64,000 bases of DNA from IMG/VR virus record IMGVR_UViG_3300006147_000010, positions 1 through 64,000 of that record. One strand, 5' to 3'. Shown in pieces: positions 46,913 to 55,371 of the stretch. Source of the stretch: an uncultured virus (IMG/VR IMGVR_UViG_3300006147_000010). Its lineage: Duplodnaviria > Heunggongvirae > Uroviricota > Caudoviricetes. The notes beneath the pieces were generated by a model. That model was not told the DNA's origin. It did no database searches and saw only the letters and a list, made by a program, of their open reading frames with translations. Numbering within the stretch: position 1 is the first letter of the stretch; every line of letters begins with the position of its first letter. The translations under genes and the position numbers were made by a program.

Positions 46913-47935
46913 ATGGGAAGAAAGACGACTCGGAGTATGGCTGCTACGCCTGAGAAGCTGGCAGAGGTTAACCCAGAGAACATGCGGCTTAAGAAAGAAT
47001 TTCTTGGCTACCTGAAATCTCTGAGCCGATCCAGCGAGACAATCAAGGTCTATGACTCCGACCTCAACATTTTCTTCTGCTGGGCGGTGGACAATGCCGC
47101 TAACAAGTTCTTCGTGGATGTGAGCAAGAGAGACATCGTGGCGTTCCAGAACTACATGCTGGAAGCCGGCTGCTCCGCTGCAAGGGTGCGGCACCTGAAA
47201 GCCGCGCTGTCATCTCTGTCCAACTATATCGAGAACATTCTCGATGACGAGTTCCCGAACTTCCGGCCCATCATCCGTAAGATCGAGAACCCAGCCAATG
47301 AGGCGGTGCGTGAGAAAACCGTACTCACCAAAGAGCAGGTTCAGTCCTGCCTGGATCATCTGGTCGAGCATAAAAAATTCAAACAGGCGTGCTTCTTTGC
47401 TTTGGCTGCCTACTCTGGCAGACGCAAGGCGGAGCTTGCACGCTTCAAGGTAACGTACTTCGACGACGCCAATATTATTTGCGGGTCGCTCTATAAGACG
47501 CCTGAGAAAATCAGGACAAAGGGTCATGGGAGAAACGGCAAGATGCTGACCTGCTATACGCTGTCCAAGCCGTTCAAGCCCTATTTCGATCTGTGGATGG
47601 AGGAAAGGAAGCGCCTCGGTATCGAGAGCGAATGGCTGTTCCCAGATGTGCATGACACTACAAAGCCTATCGGGGTATCAACAATGAACAGCTACGCAAA
47701 CAGCTTCTCCCGGATCATGGGCGTTCCATTCTACATGCACGCCCTCCGACACTTCATGACATCTGAACTGGCGAGAGCTAACCTGCCTGACTCCGCAATC
47801 CAGATGCTGATCGGATGGGATAGCGCAGATATGGTTGGCGTGTATAAGGACATTGACGCTGACGAGGAGTTCAGCAAGTATTTCAAAGACGGTGAGATCG
47901 TAGCGCAGAAGGCTACGAGTATTGAAGACCTATAG
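46913..47935 (+). CDS. Tyrosine recombinase with SAM-like N-terminal domain
   Basis: SGRRKAE, HALRH, IGW (W at the H/W position), VGVY. Confidence 0.88.
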   Translation: MGRKTTRSMAATPEKLAEVNPENMRLKKEFLGYLKSLSRSSETIKVYDSDLNIFFCWAVDNAANKFFVDVSKRDIVAFQNYMLEAGCSAARVRHLKAALSSLSNYIENILDDEFPNFRPIIRKIENPANEAVREKTVLTKEQVQSCLDHLVEHKKFKQACFFALAAYSGRRKAELARFKVTYFDDANIICGSLYKTPEKIRTKGHGRNGKMLTCYTLSKPFKPYFDLWMEERKRLGIESEWLFPDVHDTTKPIGVSTMNSYANSFSRIMGVPFYMHALRHFMTSELARANLPDSAIQMLIGWDSADMVGVYKDIDADEEFSKYFKDGEIVAQKATSIEDL

Positions 47936-47947
47936 GGAGGTGGGTTC

Positions 47948-49381
47948 ATGGCTATGAGTTTTACACCGAGACTGACCCGCCCAGAAGCGGGTAACAAATA
48001 CTACATCACAAAGGCTGCCGGCGGATACTCGTCCGCTATCAAAGGTAGCCCAACCGACGCACACTGTGATGTCCTGTCGAACTGCGTAGGGTACGCATAC
48101 GGCAGATTCAATGAAATCGCCGGAGAGGGTGCCTGTAAGTATCTGAGCCCAACCAATGCGGAGAACTTCATCCAGTATGCGGGTGGGCTTGAAGTCGGTC
48201 AGACACCCAGGCTCGGCGCATGTATGGTCTGGCAGAAAGGCGCGACGCTGAAAGGATCTGACGGCGCAGGACATGTCGCTATCGTGGAGCAGATCATCAG
48301 CCCCACTGAAATCATCACATCCGAGAGCGGATGGAAAGCCAAGAAACCATTCTGGACTCAGAACAGGAAGAAGGGCAACGGGAACTGGGGACAAGGCAGC
48401 GCTTACAAATTCCTTGGCTTCATCTACAACCCCGCTGTCAATGTTGTATCGACAGAGAAAGGAGATGGTGTGACGATGAAGTACACTTCTGCGAACCCAC
48501 CCATGCAATGCTTCATGCGGCAGAGTACCTGGTATCGCGAAGCAGGCAAGACTACCATCAAGGGCGTACTGTGGCATTCAACAGGGGCCAACAACAAGAC
48601 CGTGAAGCGCTACGTCCAGCCTGACGACAATGCTCCAGACCGGGAGAAGATACTTGAGATCATCGGTGTCAACAAGAACGGCAATGATTGGAACCATCAG
48701 AAGCTGAAGAAGGGTGTCCACGCTTTCATCGGTACACTCGCTAATGGGGATGTGGCGGCTGTTCATGTCGGCCCGTGGGATAAGAAAGCATGGGGTTGTG
48801 GTTCAGGGAGCAAGGGTTCCTGCAATAACGGCTGGATTCAGTTTGAAATCTGTGAGGACAATCTGAATGACCCTGTGTACTTCGAGAAAGTGTACCGTGA
48901 GGCGGTGGAGCTGACAGCTTATCTGTGCAAGCTCTACAATCTCAACCCACATGGGACTGTTACATATTGCGGTGTCAAGGTTCCTGTCATTCTGTGTCAT
49001 CAGGACAGCTACCAGCTTGGGCTTGGTTCCCCCCACTCCGATGTGCTTCACTGGTTCCCGAAGTATGGGAAGAGTATGCAGACTGTTCGTGACGATGTTG
49101 CCGCATTGCTTGCGGGATCGAATGACAATACAGGGGAGGATGAAGATATGGATAATGCACGTTTCAAAGAACTTTTCAATAATATGCGTTCTGAATGGCA
49201 GGACAATGACTGCGGGTCTTGGAGCCAGGAAGCCCGTGACTGGGCGACAAGCACCGGCCTGATTGCCGGTGGCGGGAAGATGCCGGATGGCACTCCCAAC
49301 TATATGTGGGCTGACATGCTGACCCGTGAGCAGGCTGCTGCTCTGTTCTACCGGTTCGCTCAGATGATGGGTAAGGTGTAA
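47948..49381 (+). CDS. Endolysin: CHAP + Amidase_2 + SLH-like binding domain
   Basis: NCVGYA and GHVAIVE (CHAP); WHSTG, QFEICED, CH...HSD (amidase); LTREQAA (SLH-like). Confidence 0.9.
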   Translation: MAMSFTPRLTRPEAGNKYYITKAAGGYSSAIKGSPTDAHCDVLSNCVGYAYGRFNEIAGEGACKYLSPTNAENFIQYAGGLEVGQTPRLGACMVWQKGATLKGSDGAGHVAIVEQIISPTEIITSESGWKAKKPFWTQNRKKGNGNWGQGSAYKFLGFIYNPAVNVVSTEKGDGVTMKYTSANPPMQCFMRQSTWYREAGKTTIKGVLWHSTGANNKTVKRYVQPDDNAPDREKILEIIGVNKNGNDWNHQKLKKGVHAFIGTLANGDVAAVHVGPWDKKAWGCGSGSKGSCNNGWIQFEICEDNLNDPVYFEKVYREAVELTAYLCKLYNLNPHGTVTYCGVKVPVILCHQDSYQLGLGSPHSDVLHWFPKYGKSMQTVRDDVAALLAGSNDNTGEDEDMDNARFKELFNNMRSEWQDNDCGSWSQEARDWATSTGLIAGGGKMPDGTPNYMWADMLTREQAAALFYRFAQMMGKV

Positions 49382-49385
49382 TACC

Positions 49386-49742
49386 ATGACCATCAAGATT
49401 GAGCGCGGGAGGAAGAAGCCCAGGCGGCGTAAGAAGAAGCGTCCAAGCATCGGGTTCACCAACCGGCTCGCTCTCTACCTCATGATGTTCCTGTTGGCGG
49501 GTCTTGTTGGTGGGTTCATCCTCGCTTGGAGGAGTATTGAGTTCCAGTATATGGGCGCTCTCGCGTGCTTCACCGTGGTGTTTACCCCGGTGGGTACGGC
49601 AATCGGTATCGTGCTGAACAGCATCGTACATAAGAGCGACCATGAGAACACCGGCGCTGACGGTGAGGGAATCAAGTTCGCCGCTGCAAAGGCGACAGGA
49701 TTCGTACAGGATGATGTGGTAGAGGACAGCCCTGCAATATAA
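49386..49742 (+). CDS. Membrane protein, putative holin/antiholin
   Basis: Basic N-terminus plus two TM helices, in the lysis cassette. Confidence 0.6.
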   Translation: MTIKIERGRKKPRRRKKKRPSIGFTNRLALYLMMFLLAGLVGGFILAWRSIEFQYMGALACFTVVFTPVGTAIGIVLNSIVHKSDHENTGADGEGIKFAAAKATGFVQDDVVEDSPAI

Positions 49743-49759
49743 CTTAGGAGGAAACGAAT

Positions 49760-50116
49760 ATGGAACACTATATGCAGCTTATTGTTTCTATCCTCGCAGG
49801 TCTGGCGACCGCTATTCCTCTGGCTATCAAGCTGGTGGAGTATGTCCGTAAGGCCGTGAAGGAAAAGAATTGGCCAGAGGTTGTAAGCCTTGTTATCGAA
49901 CTGATGTCAGAGGTTGAGGGTAAGATGGAAGTCGGGGCGGATAAGAAAACGTACGTCCTGGCGGTGTTGAAAGCCTCTGCTGATACTATCGACTATGACC
50001 TGGATGAAAACGATTATAAGAAAATCGGGGATCTTATCGACAGTATGTGCGACATGAGTAAAGTTCTGAATGCGAACAAGTCTGCTGCCGCTAACGGAAA
50101 GAAGGAGACAATGTAA
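49760..50116 (+). CDS. Putative holin (LL-H-like)
   Basis: N-terminal TM helix; GADKK.YV motif. Confidence 0.65.
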   Translation: MEHYMQLIVSILAGLATAIPLAIKLVEYVRKAVKEKNWPEVVSLVIELMSEVEGKMEVGADKKTYVLAVLKASADTIDYDLDENDYKKIGDLIDSMCDMSKVLNANKSAAANGKKETM

Positions 50117-50135
50117 CTTTCAGGAGGTATGCAAC

Positions 50136-50588
50136 ATGAATCTCGGAGAAATCGCCGGGTGGAGTGGGGGTGCATTGCTCTTGCTCCTCACGTTTGTCCA
50201 GATTGCACCAATCAAGATTAACCCGTGGTCTGCTATCGTGCAGAGCATCGGGAAGGCACTCAATGGGGATGTGCTAAAGAAGCTGGATGTTCTTGAGGAA
50301 GGCCAGTTAGAAACCAGGAAGCGTTTGGATAAACATATCCGGATCGACGATGATCGCAATGCAGATACACATCGTTCCCGGATCTTACATTTCAACACGG
50401 AACTGCTCCGTGGTAATAAGCACACGCGGGAAGACTTTATCGAAGCTCTTGCGGAGATTGACTTTTACGAACGATACTGTCGGGAACATCCAGACTATGA
50501 GAACAACCGCGCAGTTCTCGCCATCGAGAACATAGAACGTGTGTATAAGAAACTTATGGAGAACGGCGGGTTCTTGCAAGAGACCTAA
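50136..50588 (+). CDS. Membrane-anchored lysis-cassette protein
   Basis: N-terminal TM, IAPIKINPWS motif; start re-called to ATG 50136. Confidence 0.65.
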   Translation: MNLGEIAGWSGGALLLLLTFVQIAPIKINPWSAIVQSIGKALNGDVLKKLDVLEEGQLETRKRLDKHIRIDDDRNADTHRSRILHFNTELLRGNKHTREDFIEALAEIDFYERYCREHPDYENNRAVLAIENIERVYKKLMENGGFLQET

Positions 50589-50592
50589 AATT

Positions 50593-50629
50593 TGGGGGTC
50601 ACCTTTTACGAGGTGGCTCCCATTTTTTT
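50593..50629 (+). terminator. Terminator of the late/lysis operon
   Basis: TGGGGGTCACCTT/GAGGTGGCTCCCA then T7. Confidence 0.85.
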
Positions 50630-50632
50630 GCG

Positions 50633-50671
50633 AAAAAAATAAGGCAGGACTGAATGACTCAGCCTGCCTTA
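50633..50671 (-). terminator. Terminator for leftward (int/attP) transcription
   Basis: On the - strand TAAGGCAGGCTGA/TCAGTCCTGCCTTA then a T-run. Confidence 0.8.
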
Positions 50672-50780
50672 CTCTGGTTGCCTACTTATAACAGCGCTCC
50701 ATGCACTGGAACGATCTTATAAATGGGCACAACTATGTAATCACTCATGCCTCTGATGAGTGACCCAAATCTGTGTTGGT

Positions 50781-50801
50781 GTTGTATGAGACTCTCCCCT
50801 C
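50781..50801. repeat. 21-bp inverted repeat partner of the integrase leader (52280-52300)
   Basis: GTTGTATGAGACTCTCCCCTC vs reverse complement of 52280-52300 GTTGTATGAGACTCTTCCCTC, 20/21 identical. Confidence 0.95.
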
Positions 50802-50815
50802 TGGACGACACAAAG

Positions 50816-51062
50816 TTGACACAGTTTTTGACACAGATTTGCATGGAATTATGGGGAGCTTTGTGGATTTACATATCTGAAATGTTTTGAAAAACGAGAT
50901 ATGTTGGGCTTTATTGAGCTATATGTGGGTATGAAAAGTTCGGAAGTCCCACGATGCCAAGTTTCATAGTTAACTTCAGCTCCTTCAAAAGTCCTGATTT
51001 TTCAAGGGGTTCGGGGTTCTGTCATTCGGTGTTGACACAGAATTGACACAGTTTTGACACAG
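50816..51062. other. attP: ychF-like core flanked by five TTGACACAG arm-type sites
   Basis: TTGACACAG at 50816, 50828, 51032, 51043, 51054; core 50938-50967 between the clusters; adjoins the integrase stop. Confidence 0.85.
50938..50985 (-). pseudogene. ychF: Replacement 5' fragment of host ychF (RBS + MKLGIVGLPN)
   Basis: - strand AAGGAG..ATG AAA CTT GGC ATC GTG GGA CTT CCG AAC; YchF begins MKLGIVGLPNVGKST; similarity stops after Asn10. Confidence 0.85.
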
Positions 51063-51064
51063 TT

Positions 51065-52255
51065 TCATAGTGAGACCGTCTGTCTGTGCTGCTCGAACTG
51101 CCTGACCCCGGCTGCCAAAGACTCGTCTGTGACATGGACGTATCTGTCCATGGTGGTCTTGATGCTGGCATGTCCCAAAAGTTTTTGAAGGGTCTTGGGC
51201 TGCATACCAGACTCGATGCAGCGCGTGGCATAGGTGTGCCTGAGCGCGTGCATACAGAACCGTGCGATACCGTTTTCATCACAGACTTTATAGATGTGCG
51301 TGTCGTAGCTGCTGTTCTTTGTCGGCATCCCTGTGCGGAAGTTCAAAAACACCAGCTCCGCCATAGCAAACTCTCTCTCGTCGCCTGTGCGCCGGTCGAT
51401 GTACGTCAGCCGTTCTGACAGGGACGGAGACTGCTTGCGAAATTCTTTTGTGGCTTGGACGGCTCTTAGGATGTCATAGGCTCGATCTGTCATCGGAAGT
51501 GTGCGGTAGCTTGCTACGGTCTTGGGCGGCCCAGCTCTCCATTGCCCCTGCTTGTGACGGTACTCCAGCGTCTTGTTGACTGTGAGCGTGCGCTTCTCCC
51601 AGTCGATTGCGTCCCACGTCAGACCAATCATCTCACCGGTACGGAGTCCAGTCTCCAGAACGAGAGCATACTGGAAGTAGTTGTGGGTACTCCTGCACGC
51701 CTCCAGGAACCTGTCCTGTTCTTCCACAGTCAGGAAGTGAATGTCGTCTACGGCGCGGACAGGCTTCGTATAACGTACCCCGTCCATAGGATGCGCACTG
51801 ATCATCCCATTCATCTTTGCCGCCTTGAACATAGACCCCATAGCGATGTACGTCTGACGGATAGTTGAACCTGCATAATCGGCTTCCATCCGGTTGAGTA
51901 TCATCTTACAATGCATGGGTTTGACATCCGATAGCTTCATTGCGCCGATGACTTCCTTGATGTTGTGACAGTACCGTTCCCTATAGTTCCGCTTTGTGTT
52001 TGGTGACAGACCGCCGAGGAGTTGGTCATGCCAAAACGAGAACCACTCGTCTACCGTCATGCTGCTTGAGACAACGGGCGTCCCATGTTTCTCCTTATAC
52101 TTAACTTCCTCTAACCAGTTGCGAGCGTCTGGGAGGGAGCGGAAGTATTTCTCAAACAGTCCACCCGTCTTGCTCTCGTACCTTACATAATAGCGCCCAT
52201 CCTTTCTCTGACATATTCCTTTGCCACATTCTTTGCCTTTAAGGTTTTTGCCCAT
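51065..52255 (-). CDS. int: Phage integrase (tyrosine, with arm-binding domain)
   Basis: GICQRKDGRY arm domain; TGLRTGE, HALRH, LGH, TMDRY. Confidence 0.95.
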   Translation of the reverse strand: MGKNLKGKECGKGICQRKDGRYYVRYESKTGGLFEKYFRSLPDARNWLEEVKYKEKHGTPVVSSSMTVDEWFSFWHDQLLGGLSPNTKRNYRERYCHNIKEVIGAMKLSDVKPMHCKMILNRMEADYAGSTIRQTYIAMGSMFKAAKMNGMISAHPMDGVRYTKPVRAVDDIHFLTVEEQDRFLEACRSTHNYFQYALVLETGLRTGEMIGLTWDAIDWEKRTLTVNKTLEYRHKQGQWRAGPPKTVASYRTLPMTDRAYDILRAVQATKEFRKQSPSLSERLTYIDRRTGDEREFAMAELVFLNFRTGMPTKNSSYDTHIYKVCDENGIARFCMHALRHTYATRCIESGMQPKTLQKLLGHASIKTTMDRYVHVTDESLAAGVRQFEQHRQTVSL

Positions 52256-52307
52256 TTTAGAAACTCCTTCCCGGCGAACGAGGGAAGAGTCTCATACAAC
52301 GAATTGT

Positions 52308-52336
52308 ATTGTAGCATATCGGACATTTTTTCTCAA
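52308..52336 (-). promoter_or_regulatory. SigA promoter of int
   Basis: TTGAGA, 17 bp, TACAAT with extended TG. Confidence 0.75.
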
Positions 52337-52339
52337 GAG

Positions 52340-52543
52340 TCAAATCATCAACTTATCACTGATGAATTGCTCAAACTCCCTCCTCTTCACCAGTTTTTTC
52401 GTGCCAACAAATAGGACGAACGGGCATTCAGGTTTCTTCAACATGCTGTCGATCTTGTTGATCCCTATGTTGCTGTACTCTGATGCTTCGCGGATCGTCA
52501 ACGCTAACTTGAGATTGATTGGCACCTTCTCTTCATGATCCAT
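52340..52543 (-). CDS. xis: Excisionase (MerR-like HTH)
   Basis: KLALTIREASEYSNIGINK...CPFVLFVG.KKLVKR..FE; upstream of int. Confidence 0.88.
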   Translation of the reverse strand: MDHEEKVPINLKLALTIREASEYSNIGINKIDSMLKKPECPFVLFVGTKKLVKRREFEQFISDKLMI

Positions 52544-52615
52544 TACCTTCCTCCTATGTAGCAGCAGAGCTGCCGTCGTCTAAGACAGCAGCCCTGCTTT
52601 TGCGATAGTGCTTCA

Positions 52616-53125
52616 TCAACGGCCCGTAGAGCCCATACCGCCGTCCCTGACGGCCTTTGCGTCGTCGTTGTATGTAATCCCATACGGGATAAAGATCGCC
52701 TGCATAAAGCCATCTCCGGCGTTTACACACAGGGTTTTGTTCTCCCGTGTGTCGTTGGTAATCTTGATGAAGATGTGACCCTCATTCGAGGAGCCGTAGT
52801 AATCTTCATCGATCACGCCCACCGTGTTGTCAAGTTGAATGCGGTACTTGAACCCCATGCCGCTGCGCGGGAGGGCGGCGAGCCACCACCCGGAATCGAT
52901 CTTCACACGGATACCTGTCGGCACCTTGATCGTACAGCCCGGCGCCAAGTCAAACCTGATTGGTGACTTGAAGTCGTATCCAGCCGACCCTGACGTTGCC
53001 CTTGTCGGCAGCTCAATGCCGTCGTACAAATCACGGATAACACTGTCATCCATGCTGAAGCAGTCTTTGATGGCGGTATAGAACTGCTCATAGCTTACCT
53101 TTTCAAACTTACCTACTCGCTCCAT
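52616..53125 (-). CDS. dut: dUTPase (trimeric)
   Basis: SAGYDF, PRSG, GVIDEDY, RDGGMGSTG. Confidence 0.95.
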   Translation of the reverse strand: MERVGKFEKVSYEQFYTAIKDCFSMDDSVIRDLYDGIELPTRATSGSAGYDFKSPIRFDLAPGCTIKVPTGIRVKIDSGWWLAALPRSGMGFKYRIQLDNTVGVIDEDYYGSSNEGHIFIKITNDTRENKTLCVNAGDGFMQAIFIPYGITYNDDAKAVRDGGMGSTGR

Positions 53126-53483
53126 TGTCTTCCTCCATGTATTCTATGTGTGCCGTGCTAAGGCGAAACACTGTATCGTGAGGGAGTTGCTTCACATACA
53201 GTATGCGATGGAACCTGTGCCCTCTGATATTGTTAATGGACGCGCTTATGAACTTGATATAGCTCCCATTATTGAACGTGATGAACTGGTCATTCGACCT
53301 GTTGATATGCCCGTCAACAGCGGAGAGCATTTCGATATCTTCTTTGATCAGGTCGTATGCTTCTGCGCAGGCACACTTCGCGTCCGCGATAGTACGTGTG
53401 ACTATACCAACATGGTATCCTGGTTTGTTCACACACGTCCTGATTGCCTTGAGCAAATCAAGGAAGCTGTATTCCGCTATCAT
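53109..53483 (-). CDS. Stand-alone terminase-ATPase-like fragment lacking Walker A/B
   Basis: ITFNNGSYIKFISASINNIRGHR aligns with TerL IVFLNGSYIKVVTASDSSRGNR in this window. Confidence 0.7.
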   Translation of the reverse strand: MIAEYSFLDLLKAIRTCVNKPGYHVGIVTRTIADAKCACAEAYDLIKEDIEMLSAVDGHINRSNDQFITFNNGSYIKFISASINNIRGHRFHRILYVKQLPHDTVFRLSTAHIEYMEEDNGASR

Positions 53484-53755
53484 TTATCCATCATCTTCTT
53501 GATGACATGGTAGATGACATTGCCAAGGAGCGCGCCGGCTGTAGCAGTCAGGAGCGTTTCCAGCGGAGACACCACGATGACGCTATCCAGGTCAACACCA
53601 TACTCCACACCGTCTTCACCCTCATTGTATACAGTAGTGGTACAGGGCGGCGTCGGGTCACTAAAGGAAGTGACAGAGTGGATCTTTGTCACCCTGCCGT
53701 TCTCGTTGTATTGGTACTCAGTATCCGTGGTAGTTGTCGGTTGTACGATACACAT
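53480..53755 (-). CDS. Hypothetical protein with C-terminal hydrophobic helix
   Basis: RBS AAGGAG before ATG 53755. Confidence 0.6.
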   Translation of the reverse strand: MCIVQPTTTTDTEYQYNENGRVTKIHSVTSFSDPTPPCTTTVYNEGEDGVEYGVDLDSVIVVSPLETLLTATAGALLGNVIYHVIKKMMDK

Positions 53756-53771
53756 ATCAGTTCTCCTTTTT

Positions 53772-54320
53772 TTACACAATCCCATAGCTCCCGTATGGGC
53801 ATTTTACTCTTCTCAGGATGTCGCTCGCGAGAGTGTCATAATCCTCTTTGCAGCCATCGTATTGCGCGCAAACAACACCATGGTCGTCCAGGAACGCGCG
53901 CATTACGTTGGACAGTTCGTCACTCTCGGCTTCAGTCTGGAACCGGCCAGACGGGTTGTAGGGCTTTACCCTATTGATGAAAACATTCATGGAGTCGTAG
54001 GAGTTGAACACCTTCATGATCAGCGCGTCGAACTCCTTGCCAAGAACTTCATCATTTGCGTAGAAACTTGACAGCAGAATTGGAGAGTCGGTGATGACCA
54101 CATCCACTTTACCTTGGACACGGCTGATGCGGAAATACTGCTTACCGAAGATATATGCTTGGTTTTGGAATACGGCCTTACTTTCCTCCCACACTTTGTC
54201 CTTTGCGAACTCAGTTACCAGTTCTGCATTGATGCCGGCCATTTTGAGCTTGGAGAATATGTAGGCCGCGCCGGTTGATTTGCCGGCGCCGGGAGCGCCA
54301 AAAAGATTTACAACAAGCAT
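53772..54320 (-). CDS. NadR-like/AAA_28 P-loop kinase
   Basis: GAPGAGKST, EFAKD, ITDSP. Confidence 0.8.
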   Translation of the reverse strand: MLVVNLFGAPGAGKSTGAAYIFSKLKMAGINAELVTEFAKDKVWEESKAVFQNQAYIFGKQYFRISRVQGKVDVVITDSPILLSSFYANDEVLGKEFDALIMKVFNSYDSMNVFINRVKPYNPSGRFQTEAESDELSNVMRAFLDDHGVVCAQYDGCKEDYDTLASDILRRVKCPYGSYGIV

Positions 54321-54337
54321 TTGTCTGCCCTCTTTCT

Positions 54338-54520
54338 TCATTTCGTTTTCACATACAGCCCACAGTGGCATGTGCCACTTTCCATCTCACGGAACTCTCT
54401 GCACATACACTTGGTGTCATCTGTTCTCACCAAAGAGCATGGGCAGTATCCTCCGTTTTCCTTGAGCTGTTTACGAATCTCCTCCACAAGTTTGCTGTCT
54501 GTGTTAACTCTGATACTCAT
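54338..54520 (-). CDS. Ferredoxin-thioredoxin reductase catalytic-subunit-like protein
   Basis: GYCPC...CMC...CHCGLY motif set. Confidence 0.8.
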   Translation of the reverse strand: MSIRVNTDSKLVEEIRKQLKENGGYCPCSLVRTDDTKCMCREFREMESGTCHCGLYVKTK

Positions 54521-54528
54521 GGCAATCC

Positions 54529-54864
54529 TCACTCTTTCCCGTAATTTTCTCCTTCAGCCGCAGCCTTCTCCATCTCGTTGCGAAGTTTGTCACGGTAATA
54601 CTGATGGATGCCCATCTCTCCGTATCTCTCTGCTTCGATATCGACCCACGATTTTGCTGTCAGATGTATGATTCCCTTTTTCTCCACGTTGTCCATATAG
54701 GAAGACGCGATGATATACGGGTAGTACGGTACGCAATCCGCACGGCAACGGAGCTCAAGCGGTTCGCGGCTGTCGCCTACATACACCTTGCTGTTTAAGA
54801 TACAGTCAAGACCGAAGATATCAATCTCATCGAAGAAGTCACACTTACCTGAGAACCCGCTCAT
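54529..54864 (-). CDS. Hypothetical protein
   Basis: ORF in operon, MSGFSGKCDF. Confidence 0.65.
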   Translation of the reverse strand: MSGFSGKCDFFDEIDIFGLDCILNSKVYVGDSREPLELRCRADCVPYYPYIIASSYMDNVEKKGIIHLTAKSWVDIEAERYGEMGIHQYYRDKLRNEMEKAAAEGENYGKE

Positions 54865-54885
54865 GATTTTCACCCCTTATATTCG

Positions 54886-55371
54886 TTATGAAATTCGCTC
54901 TGCGTACTGGTTGTCACTGGCGAGAGTTACCCCCAGTATCTCGTCATATCTGCTTTGCCTGTTTGGGATGTAACGACCAAACTTGATGATGATATTATTG
55001 AACCCCTTGAGAACATCGAGCGCGTCTTTGATCTCGTCAGGGTAGTATCCGGTGTAAATCACCACGTCGTCGTCACACATAAACTCTGTGCGTAGCAGAT
55101 ATATGAAATGCTGAAGTTCCTCGAATTGCTCGAAAGGTTCCAACCCTCCAAATATGACTGCGTGTGTTACCGGGTTATTGATGTACCGTTTGCACAGGTC
55201 ACGATCGTCTAAAAAGACGGGGGCGCGTGAGCGCCACCCGTCATTTTGACATACCGACAGAGGGATACCGGCTTCGATACAGCACTTCCCTCCGCAGGAG
55301 ATTGTGCCGATAAACATAGCCGGGGTGTGGTAATCATCAAACCTTTCGTCGATGACTGTCTTCATCCTCAT
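54886..55371 (-). CDS. nrdG: Anaerobic RNR activase (radical SAM)
   Basis: CGGKC..CQN, FGGLEP, IYTGY, IKFGRY, LASDNQ. Confidence 0.85.
   Translation of the reverse strand: MRMKTVIDERFDDYHTPAMFIGTISCGGKCCIEAGIPLSVCQNDGWRSRAPVFLDDRDLCKRYINNPVTHAVIFGGLEPFEQFEELQHFIYLLRTEFMCDDDVVIYTGYYPDEIKDALDVLKGFNNIIIKFGRYIPNRQSRYDEILGVTLASDNQYAERIS

Noticed and set aside
31472..50588. Second DGR target or invertible tail-fibre cassette
   Set aside because: No further VR-like copy or inverted gene cassette noticed by eye; a self-alignment would be needed to exclude it
50914..50967. MKLGIVGLPNFSYPHIAQ as a functional peptide or host gene marking a prophage boundary
   Set aside because: YchF similarity ends at codon 10 and phage genes lie on both sides, so attP is the better reading
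50816..51062. TTGACACAG repeats as a CRISPR array or -35 boxes
   Set aside because: 9-bp units with 2-3 bp gaps, no spacers or cas genes; arrangement around a core next to int fits arm-type sites
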